Positions 12,301-24,300 of a stretch of DNA of 64,000 bases are shown piece by piece (positions within the stretch are counted from its first letter, which is position 1; each line of letters starts with the position of its first letter). Source of the stretch: Lytechinus pictus (lineage: Eukaryota); the NCBI RefSeq assembly GCF_037042905.1, contig NC_087251.1, positions 25,422,001 through 25,486,000 of the forward strand, given 5' to 3'. The position numbers and the translations under genes were made by a program. The notes beneath the pieces were generated by a model. It worked only from the letters and a program-made list of their open reading frames with translations, was not told the origin of the DNA and did no database searches.

Positions 12301-15300
12301 AAAAACAAGTTTTTATCTGGGTTGGATTCCCCTTTAATCTAGGCTCATATAATTTGGTGCCCGATACTAGCATGGATCCCAGGAAGCCTATAGATTTTGA
12401 GGTCAGAAGGTCAAAGGTGAAGCCACCATCTTCCACTTCTCTTGCTTGACCAATAACTCCATTTTCCATGTTACAGACGGGCATATTATGTGCCCGCCTT
12501 AGCAACACTCTTGTTCAATTTGAAGTGTATTGATTAAGAAGTTATAGCATGTATGTTAAATAGTAGGTTAAAAACAACTAAAATATGTATTATAATGACA
12601 ATGTATTATATTGTGTCATGATATGAATTATGACTGTAAGGTTTACATTTCTAGTCAGTTAAAATTCAAAGAACAACGAGATGCAGATTATTTTTACAAA
12701 TTCAACCATTTTGAAAATATAAAGGAATGAGCTACATGTGCATGTCATACCCAATCTTATCAATTACCAGTAGTCACTTATCTGATTTGTAATTTATATT
12801 TATAGTATTTTTAAGTCTTGTATCATTGCATGAAAAAATTTTATCCACGGGGTACTGAATTTGCCGGGCATGTGAAGGTGAAAGTCATTTTTCATTTTTT
12901 TTTTATAACATTGTTAAAATTAAATGTACACTGTAATTGATATGTATACAACGATAGATAACCAATTTTTGTGACTGTTTGAGTGGTAGATCACATAAAA
13001 TTTGCAAATATTATATTTTAAAATGACTGATTATTTCATATTTATATTTATTCTTTTTTTGGAGGGGGTATATAATGCAGACCTGACAAGTGACCATGGT
13101 TTTCATTTAGGAGTTCAATCCCTTCTCCTTTCATCCATATTTTATAGCTTTTATAAAGTTACGAGGGTTTCATTGACCCTACAGACATGTAGAGTTTGAA
13201 TTTTACCTCCTGGAATCTAATCCAAACACATAAAATGAGGAGTATCCATATCAGGTAATGGTAAATGATTATGTCTTAAACACATTTTTTTCCAAACACA
13301 TATAAAGTATTCTAATCTTGGGCTATCATGAATTAAGTTTTAGGCTATTTATCCCATATTTCTCACATTAGTCCATAATTCATTTCCATATCGGTTGTTA
13401 TACATGCTTATTAAAACATTTTATTGGAAGGTTTCATTCAAGTAAAATTATTGTCTTAATGTTTATTTATATATATATCTTTGTGCATGTAATGTCACTG
13501 GAAGGCAAATTTTCAAATGTGGTTCAATAAATAGATGAATGTGAATGAATCTCTATCTTTATCTAAACTTCCTTAAATATGTAGTAATTCACTGCAACTT
13601 TATTGTAAATTTTGAATAAAATTCGTTTATACAATCTTACTCTTTTTTATAAGCAAGGGATGACCTGCAATGACTACTCGAGACATCTAACATTCTGTTG
13701 TATAATCAAGGATAAAGGCACAAGGGTGAGGCACATGTACTTGTATGCTGCCCTTCCACGCTATATTTTGAGAATGACTCCTTGATTAGGCATCTTTATC
13801 CAAATGAAAGACCATTGTCATTAGTACGCCACCCCCTTCCTCAATTTTGCCTTCTCCAGTGCCCCATTGCATAAAAGTTAGTATTATGGTAACCTTGTTA
13901 TCAAATGGTAACTACCATGTTAACACTAATCAAAGCTAATCAAGATCAAGGACTCCATACAAGTTGTATTTGCATGGTAAATCATAATGGTAACTCTTTA
14001 TGCAATGGGGCCCAGGTATATTAAATCCTTGATCACTGACAACAAACAATTAATGAAACGGGACAAAGGCAGTATTGATGAAACTGAAAAACCAGAGTCA
14101 AAGGCAGGGTTGGAAGGGACACATCCCTCCCCCCCCCTCATTTTGAAAAAAATCTCAATTGAACATGCTACTAATATAACTATAGGCCTGTTTTAAAAAT
14201 ACTGGACCTGCCTCTTTTAGGAAATTGCATAGAAAATTGTCATCTGCACCCACTCAATTTTCAGTTTTGCTCTTTGCACCCTCTTGATTTAAAAAATACT
14301 GGACCTGCCTCTGAGATATTGTGGGGTTGGATCGGCTTGGGTATTTATGACGGTGGGGGGGGGGGGGATAATATTTCACCTCCACAATTAGAAAAAACAT
14401 AGTTTCCATTAAAAAATTTAACAAGTAAAGTTATTTTAAATAATCAGTGACATTAATACTAAAGGGGGGGGGGAGCTGTGGGGCTTTCTAAAACCATGTA
14501 CAAAAACATAAAAATTACCATGTAAATATGATTATTGCATGGTCAGCCCCTGCTTTCATAACTATTCCGCGGCACCTAACACCACTTTCCAGAAGGGGGG
14601 GGGGGGACTCCTCAAAAGTAAGATGGCCCACCCACCCACCCCCCCCCCCACAATAAAAAAAAACACAAATTTTTTTTACATTTAAGTTATTGAAGTAAAT
14701 CATAACAATCACAATATTTACAAATGATTAGCATGATGGAAAAGCATAAAATCATGAAATATTACAAATAAAAAAGGCAGATATAAGATTATAATCATCT
14801 ATACGTTTTCAAGAGGGAAGCGCCGAGATAGAAAAAAAAAGACCGCTCTAACTAAATTTTTTTGAAAGACCCTTTTTTTTTTTTTTTTCATTTTTTTTTT
14901 TTTTGGGGGGGTTCATCAACATTTCATTCAGCTTGAACCCCCCCCCCTTAAATATTCCTACGTAAGCTTCTGTAACAAGTTGTGTATTTTTTTAATTTTT
15001 TAATGAGAAAGAGTTTGCCTATTTTTTTAGAGGACCGCCAACTTAAGCAACTTATGCAAATGAAAAAAATAGGCCAATATACTCTCGCACCTTATATGAT
15101 ATGACAGCTAGCTAGCTAGGGGCAACAATTATTTTCCATGATCGATCATGATCCGTGGTACTTGGTATCGTCGACTCGATCTCCCATTCTAAAATAGGCT
15201 CTCCCCATGATCAAGTCTGAAAAGGATCACAAAATGCTGTCTGACGAACGTGAATGTTTTAGTTGCAACATTTCTCTCAAATCTTAATTATGAGAAGAGA

Positions 15301-18300
15301 AATGGAATAATTCATGTAGAAATTTTCCTCTAAAACAAATACATTTGTCTACGTGGTCTCGCTGTGTTTGGTCCGGTCTTGGACCTAACGCTAGATCTAG
15401 ACCCATTTCCCCATTCAAAGTGTGATCGATGACGTCCAGATAGTTTTGTTTACAAATAAATCATAAATCGTATTTAGCGGTGAAAGATCGATTGCCAATT
15501 TGTATTTATAAATTTCAAGGATTCAAAACTATATAAACTAAATTCAACATATCATAATAATTTTTCCAACAAAACTTAACAAAAAATATCTAAAACTTCT
15601 AACAAACTTATTTTTATTTGAATTTGTTACTTTTTTAATGAAATATACACCTTACAAATCTTATAATGAAACAATGATCGTGTTATAAGTTTCCAGAAGA
15701 AATTTGGCAACGTCAAAGACCGAATATGGTATTTGACGTGCATTAGAAGTACTGGGTAGCAAAAGTCGAATTAAAAGAAAACTAGTGATGGGTTTGTGAT
15801 GCCAATTGGATATGTTATTAAACAAGACATTATATCTTTTGAGACGTTGAGAACACCAAAATCGGACGAGTGGTTTTCAAGATATTGAGCCTGAAATGGA
15901 CGCTCTCTGCAAGTCCCAGGGGCCAGGCTCATTCGAGATTGCACAGAAAATGTCTCTAATAAGAGTGGAACTCTCAGGATTTTTGTAAATATCTTCAAAA
16001 TGATAAGGATTTTCGAAATTTGGAATGTGATTTCTCGTGATATTTTGGAGATACCATATAACGATGGAAAGGAATAACCTTAAAAGGTAAGGCAAACCTC
16101 AAAAAATGTAGCTTTCTAACACATGTCGAATGAAAGTCTTACAGTTGATCGTCGAGTGGTGTAAAAGTTGAAATTGCATATCAGCTGGCTGGGCAGCGCG
16201 CGCGGATTTCGTGCGCGCGTACTTGAAAGGGCTTATTTTGTACATAGCCTATGGGAGTGAAACAGCCGTGCCCGGGGCAACCACCATAGATCATTAGATG
16301 ATTTGGTTAATCGTCATGATCGTAGACGACAATTAATAGTCCCATCTGCTGAAATACAAGTTGTCTCAGTTGTATCATCTCAGTTATTTATAAAGTAATA
16401 TTGCAGCACACAACATTCCATCCAATAAAGTGATAATGGGGGATTTCAAGTTTGGTGTTGATGTTGGTGTTTAGAGCTTGAAAAGGCTGCTGAACTGATC
16501 GTTAGAGTACGGTACATGGCAGTTGTCTGCTGCTTCGAGGACTTTTTAAACATTTAATTTTTTATATATTTTTTTATTTCTCGTACACAGAGTGAGACTG
16601 AGAGTGACAGACGGCTCAGCTCACGAACGTGACCCACCATTAGGGAATTTGCAATGCGAAATCCCCCCGATGGGGATCTATCTTTGATTTTTCACTTTGT
16701 TCTACATAAATTACGGTACATGAAAATAACTAGATCCTGGTAAAGTTAATTATTCTGTTTTTGCCTCAGAAGCACCAAAACGGGGAAAAATGAACTTATT
16801 AAAAGGAAAAAAAATCAGTGACTTTTAGTTCAGCTGTCATACAACTCCCAGTATATCAGAAGGTGTAATATAATAGTTAATACACAAACATATGGGTGTT
16901 GGAAAAACTTCCGGGTTGAAACCATTGGCCAATCAGATCATCCTTTCTAAATCGGGTTGGATTGCTTGTCGATCTTACGCAAGCGACAAATGTTCAACTC
17001 ATAGAAACATCCGGGCACCATAAATAACGTAAGGGTCAAGGGGTGATGTCTGTCGTCACTCTCATGAATATTCAGATCCAAGATTGTAGCTTACAGGTTC
17101 CAATAAATTAAGGAACAATTAGAATCTCATGTCATGATAAGAAATTGATGTTAACCATTGTCCAGGTGGGAATATAGGGAAAGAAATTAGTTCAAGGGTA
17201 TGATATAAATATGGCGGTCATAATAGGGTATGTACATGTACTTTGGTAATGATAATAAGATTAAACTTGTTTGTGGGGGTTCTTAGCTATATCTGCCATT
17301 GAGTCCCTGTACAGATCAAGTTAGAACTTCTGTAATTGGAGAGTGGAGCCAATGGAGTTCAGTGGAACAACCATTATAACAGAGACCTAAGCTTTTGGTC
17401 TAAACTGATCTGAGCTTTAACACCGAGCTGGGCCGGGTTCAGGAGACAGAAGAACGATGCCATTCGAGTTATCGATCATAAAAACTCTAAGAATATGGCT
17501 ATGCCATACTTGTTTGCCTCTGCACTGCGCTGCTGATCTAATCATCTCAACTTCATGTTAAAACTTCTCGACGATGAAAGTGGAATCGGGGAGAAATTTA
17601 CCATAAAAATCTCATAACACTACAGGCTAAAATTACTTCAAGAATCCAAAAGAGTATATATTAATGTCCATTAAAATGTATAGATCTAGGCCTAAATGTA
17701 CTGTAAGGCTCTAACGTCTAATGATTTGCACTCATCTTCTCTGTAAAAACCTAATTTTTGGGGGGGATTTTTCATCCTGTTCACCTGTTTGTGGGCTTCA
17801 AATCACCAACGCCAACACCAACTTGAAATCACAATTTTCCCCATCCCTGGGGGTTGGTGTTGGTCAATAGAGGAAATTACACGTAGATCGTCAACACCAG
17901 CACAAAGTTATGATATAACCTTGTTCTCTGTTACTACTCCTTGTGTGGTGAAATAAGGTTGCCAATGTTTGGCTTATTTTCTTTTGTTCTAGGGGACAAG
18001 TGCTTGATTTTTTGATACTGTCAGTTTCCATTACAGCTACATATACTTGGCTCTTAAGTATTTTGAATTCTTTAGATTATGTTTTATACGCTCGTCCTAG
18101 ACGGGACGTATTATGGTATCACGCTTGGAGTCCGTCCGTTAACTTTTCCTTGTAAACGCGATAACTTCAGTTTGAATTAACCTAGGCTCATAATTTGGTG
18201 TGTATGATACTAATATGGATCCCAGGAAGCCTACCAAAGTGAGGTCAAAAGGTCAAAGGTCAAGGTCACACTGACATGTTTTCATCTTACCCTTTTGAAG

Positions 18301-21300
18301 TCCTTGTAAACGCGATAACTTCAGTTTAACTTAACCTAGGCTCATATAATTTGGTGTGTATGATACTAGCATAGATCCTAGCAATTCTATTGATTTTGAG
18401 GTCAGAAGGTCAAAGGTGAAGTCACCACCTTCCACTTTTCTTGCTTGAACAATAACTCCATTTTCTGCATTACAGATGTGCTCGCCTTAGCGACACTCTT
18501 GTTCTCTGTTAATAAGGTTGGCAATGTTTGGCTTATTTTCTCTTGTTTTGGGGACAAATGCTTGATTTTTTTACGCTGTCAGTTTCCAGTACAATTATTC
18601 ATTATATAACTTGGCTCTGGAGTAAATTTAATTCTTTTGATTATTCTTTATAAATTAAAAATAGAGATCATTGAATGACAATATCCTTGCAATTTTACTT
18701 TCTACCAATAGAGGGCCTACACACAAAAAAATGCTCAAAATTACAGTTTTTGAGCACTCTTTTGATTGAAAAAAATATCCCCAAGTTACTAATGAAAACT
18801 AAGTCACAACTATGATATGGAAATAAGTATTTTTGGTTAAGTAACATTTTAAAGAATTTTAAAATGTGTGTTGTGTACTGCATAGATCTACATGTAGATT
18901 CCCCATAGACAGGCTGGTTGCAGTGAACAAGTGGACTGTATCTGTGACTGTGAGGACACTGAGTACTCATCCAACATTGTTATGGCAATGAGCCTGAGTT
19001 AGGTGCTCTAGATCATCACATAAGTCTGTTTTATTAAAAGATATAATTTTAGGAAATGAATGTAGGCCTATATCTAGTCATGTAAATGCTTGATTTTTCA
19101 ATAGAGTATCACTACAAGGGATTGCTGAGTCACATATTTGTAGTTAGAGTCTGCATGGAGTGCAATTGTTGCATGGCATATTTGTAATTCATGGAGATAG
19201 AAAAGCTACAGCTGGCATACATCATTTGAAGTGATATCACTGTCACGCTGGGCAACCCTATGGCAGCCTTAGGTTTTTGACAAGCACCATGGTTTTTTAT
19301 AAGCACCATGGTTTGACAAGCACCGTGTAAATACATCATCTATCTCTGTTTTGTTGCAGAAAGTATCCCTGACCCTGGCAAGTCCTTTCTAAGATTTCGA
19401 CTTGACTATGGTGGTCAGTCTCCAAAGATAGAATGTGATGGGGTTCCATTCTTCTACATGCATCGTCATGTCCTGATATGTCATCAAGGAAGGGACAGGA
19501 ATGAGAAAACCAAAGCAAGGAGAAAGGTAGAGCAATTCATCTTAAAATAGAAAAGTCATGTACATCTGAGAAGTTACACAGAATTTTGTATAATATTCCA
19601 AATTTATGGTGGTTGAATTACACTAGACTTATATTAGAGAACTCTCCATTAGGTATATGCCTGTAGGTACTTTGCATATTTTTTTTTTAAATATCATACC
19701 ATGAAAAAATATAAATGCATAAAATTTTCTGTGACTTTCAAGAATGACCACAATAACTTGTCATATTAGGCAGAACCACACACTATTAAATTATCCAGTT
19801 ACTTTGAAAATCTTGGGATCACCTCATATTTGTCTTGTTTTTAGAGAATTCTGCATCATTTAGGTCAGATACATTTTTATTTCACATTTATGATAGTCAG
19901 TTGTGGATAATTCAATTTTCCGTTTAAATAAAAAGTTATGTTTTAATGTACCAAAGGTAGATTGTTGCTGAACCAAAATATAATTTGATGTCTGGTCTTT
20001 CTTATTTGAGAGTGGCCTGCTATTGATTTAATGTAATTTATAATCTATTTATGATATGTCTGGGTTGCATATTCAGGCTTTGGTACAGTTTAGCAATGCA
20101 ACGAATCAAGAACACACTCAAAGGAAGAAGAGGAAGCTAGTTCAGGATACTAAAAAAGTTGATTGTCCAGCCAGTGTGTATGTTGTACAGATTCTCAGAT
20201 TCATAGACTACAAACTACAGGTAATGATACCATCACCATATTGCATATATCTTGCCATTAACCATCTATTGCAAGTACCATAACAACCTTGCTCAATAGC
20301 TAGTCCAAATCAAGTTCAATGGAAGTTTATAATCAAAGACCAATCAAAGATAAACATTTTTTCTTGAAAGTGAATTAATTATGTACCTCTTGTAATAACT
20401 GCAGCTTTTTAAAAGTGTTTTGAATGATACAATATTACTGTGTACAATTTTTGATAACTTTTTGACATTTTCAAATTCTTTTTGGGGTGTTCTTATTGTT
20501 ATAATATTCTTTTTGGGGTGGTCTTTTGTTTATCCACTGAACTATATCTAGTTGACAATAAGTTTCATGTGCATTTTCTGTAATTGTTTTCTAATGTATT
20601 TTTGTTATTGTATTCCAGGGCCTCTAAGTATATCAGTGTTTGAACCACTGACAGAGTCACCCTGGTTAAAGACGTAATAATAAATAAAATAAATAAATAA
20701 GCAACTTTGAATGATTTTAACACAGTACCAAGGATTAGAACCAACTGGTCACTCCAAGGTCCTTGCCAAAAGACAACTGAAAGAACGATACCAGACTGAT
20801 TCCAGCTCCATCCATACTGAGACCCTGTTCTATGTCAGTCTACCACCACTGTCTTCACATAGAGGCCATCCAGTCAATAACATTGTAAGCAAAACTACTC
20901 AGACAGCCTTGATTCTATTCAATTATCTAAAAATCCCCTTCGGGAATTTTCTAGTTCACTAATTCATATTTTGAGCAAATATTTTCCATTGGTGAGAGTA
21001 ATTGGACAAACTTTAATTTCCAAGGCAAATTTGGATGTAGCAGCGGGGTGCTACATAAGCACTTGCCCGATTGCCCGGGGCAAGTAAAAGTTATAGTCGG
21101 GCAAGTGTTTTGAAGTAAAGACCAAAACTACTTGCCCGAATTGGGCAAGCAAAATTCTCACAGTAGAATTACCTAAATTAGGGTCGGTATATCATATCGA
21201 CCCTAATTTTGGTCATGGCGGGCAAGATAAAATCACTTTGTAGAAAGAAATGCAAGAACAAGGTACATCAGTTCATGTCAAAAAAGAGGAAAAAAAAGGT

Positions 21301-24300
21301 CAATGGTTTCTAAAACCATAATATTTTCTTTTGAAGAAGTAAAACTTTTTTTCAAGGATTTTTTCGGGCAAGTGAAATAGATTTTCGGGCAAGTATATTC
21401 CAACTATTTAAAAATTCACTTGCCCAACAGGGCAAGTGCATCTAAAAAATTATGAAGCACCCTGTAGCAGTCTTTCCAAAGCACTGCTAAGGAAGGATAG
21501 GCTCTGCACTGTGCATTCATATTCCTTGGGAAGTCATAGTTTAACTGGAACCAAAAGATGTTTATTTGCAGTTTATCCTACAACAGAGATGATCTAATTA
21601 TAGAAAAAAAGAGTATCTCTCCAAGAAATAATACCTAAAATAAAATAAATGGCTAAAAGTAACTCTAAAGCAAAGCTAAAAAAAGTAATCTCCTTGTTGC
21701 GTGCCTCTGTATGCTTTTAGTGTGCTCATGTGTTTGCTTTAATTGCTAATTACAGGTAATATGTGCTTGTAGTTGTTTAAGTTTAATTAATTGCGATATG
21801 GATAAGATAACAGGGTAACAATCTTTTATTAAAGGTGATACACAGCAATACACTTTCATTTTATCCTTACTCTAGAATCCAAATAATGATATCATAGCTA
21901 TCTAGCTGACAGATCAGTGAAAAGTTCAACACTCGTTTGTGTTTAATGGATAAATGTACAATTAATCACATTTTTCTTATCACCATAGGACATCAACACT
22001 CTAGGTGTGTTGGAATATAAGATAAATTATGTAATTTATTTATTGTAGCATAATATACTAGTATACCACTTAAGAGGATTTGTTTATGATCTGTTTGTCT
22101 CAGGCTGCAGGGCTACGAGAAGCATTAGATCCCCAGATACTTCACAAAATATCAGAATTGACAGCAAAGGGCATCTACAAAGTTCCAGAAATCAGAAAAC
22201 ATCTTGATGAGTATGTACAGAGCGCCCTCTTCCATTCGTCTGAGCAACCGGAAAGGACAAGAAGACGCTACTACCCAACAGATATTGATATCCGCAATGC
22301 CGTACAAAGAGCTAAGAAAGAGGTCCATACCAAGGTTGACCAGAATAATGCTTCGATGTTGATTTCATTGTGGAAACAGGAAAGTCAGGATTTCTTTGAA
22401 TACAGACCACTGAAGCAAGGTATGTTGAACGGTCTGTGTAGCAAATTTGATTGCGACAAGGAATACAATGCACTAGCTGATTGTGCCATTTTAACTTCAT
22501 CACCACATTCATTTTCAAGTCAGAAAGTTTGTTGAATAAAGGAGTAAAAAATCAGAAAAAAAGGTAAAATAGTGAATTTACTACATTTCAAAGCTTGGCA
22601 TGATTTCATAAACAGTATGTACATCTTAGGTGAGTTATGCAATGAAAGAGCAGGTGATATTGTGCACACTCCCTTTGCCCTTTATGTTAATAGATTTGTG
22701 AAGCAACCTCCTGGTTGTCCTTTATTGAGCATATAGCATATTTGAAGAAAAAAATAGTAGTCAGTATATTTATTCTCAGAAATAGCTCAGTTGTAAATCC
22801 ATTACAGAGAACGGAAGTGCTGCTGTCGCAGTTATGTTGTAACTATCTTTCAAGCCACTGCATTTTCCAATGCCATATATGTTAAAAATGTGTGATCATT
22901 ATTTTGACCATTTACATTCTCTTTTTAAATGCTGATGTTGAAATGCAAAATCAAATACTTATAGAGTGCAGTGTCACACTTCTCAGGTATTCTACATTGT
23001 CTGTGAAATATGAGAAATGAAATGAATCTTGAAATATGAATATCAATTTACCCGCAGGATCTGAAGTGGACAAATTCCTCTTCTGTTGCCAAACACGCTG
23101 GCAGAGCCGACTCCTCAACAGGTATGGCAACTCCTTCACTGTCTTGGATGCTGTATACAGAAGTGCTGGATACTCCCTTCCACTCTTTCTTCTTTCTGTG
23201 AGGACCAACATGGGATATACCCCAGTTGGGATGTTTGTCTCACATAGCGACACAGCGGAGGACATTGCAGAGGCGCTGAGTGTATTTAGAAGATGGAATC
23301 CTGATTGGAATCCGGAGGGGTTCATGGTGGATTATTTTGACCCGGAGATTGAAGCTACAGAGGCGATTTTCCCAGGTTTGTTATTACATGCAATGGACAT
23401 GAAACACCAAGATTATTGATAAATGATGTAATACTATTTGATGTAGTACAACACCTACTCAACTAGTTGAACACAAGCTTGTTGGAGCTGAAATGTAAAA
23501 TATCGTACCATCCCACACATACCATCCACAATGTACCATTTCACAGCTGTGTGACATCAAACAAAAAGCCTTGCAGTAAGCTCTCAGGATTGAAAGACAT
23601 TTTTTTTCTTCTAAAGTTGCTTGAGAATCACTGTCTGTAATGGGGAATATCAAGTGTGGCAAGACAGGTGACCTGGGTACCCAAGTGATTGCCTTGGATG
23701 CTTACACCAGGGTTGTTGTTGTTGGGGCTGAAATTAAGAAAATAAAATTAATATCTGCTCCTGTAATATATAGTTCTTTTGATTCATCTGTGACATCACT
23801 TGTAGTTTGCAGGCATGGATTGCAAGTCACACAGTTATAAGATCAATCAATCACTATTCACCTCGTGCAACCTTTTTACATTCACACTTGTGTCTATTTG
23901 TTATTTGTGTAATTATTTTTTTATGTTCCATGTCCATTCTAACCTACACTTCTAAGATGAATTAACTTAGAGCTGACTCACATCTTCAATGTATTGAAGT
24001 GTCTGTTGGTCTGAAAAAAAAATTGGATATGTTATTCTGCAGTTTGAGAGCAGCAGTCATGACTAATCTTTTATAAAGTCAGGGAATCAGATTCTTATGA
24101 TAGCCAAGTTTAGACCAGTATGTAATGATGTAATTCTTAAAGGGAAATATAAAATACTAATAGCGAAGTTTGAACTATCTTTCAATTTGACAGGATGCAC
24201 TGCATTATTCTGCTACCACCGTTGTGAGACCTTATGGCAGGATTGGCTCAGAGACTCATCTGGGATATCTGATGGGTTAGTGAGAGCTCGTATGATCAAG

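Larger units (their letters stand above)
6541..16270 (-). mobile_element. Chapaev-like (CMC group, RAG1-related) DNA transposon, 9.73 kb, decayed coding capacity, in intron 1 of the MULE/SWIM gene
   Basis: Perfect 14-bp TIR CACGGCTGTTTCAC (6541-6554) / GTGAAACAGCCGTG (16257-16270); 4-bp direct repeat CCCG at 6537-6540 and 16271-16274. CAC..GTG ends with a 4-bp TSD are Chapaev hallmarks. Transposase remnants lie inside on the - strand. Confidence 0.8.

Noticed and set aside
16830..17600. Possible solo LTR
   Set aside because: I could not define TG..CA ends with a TSD, a second LTR or a primer-binding site.
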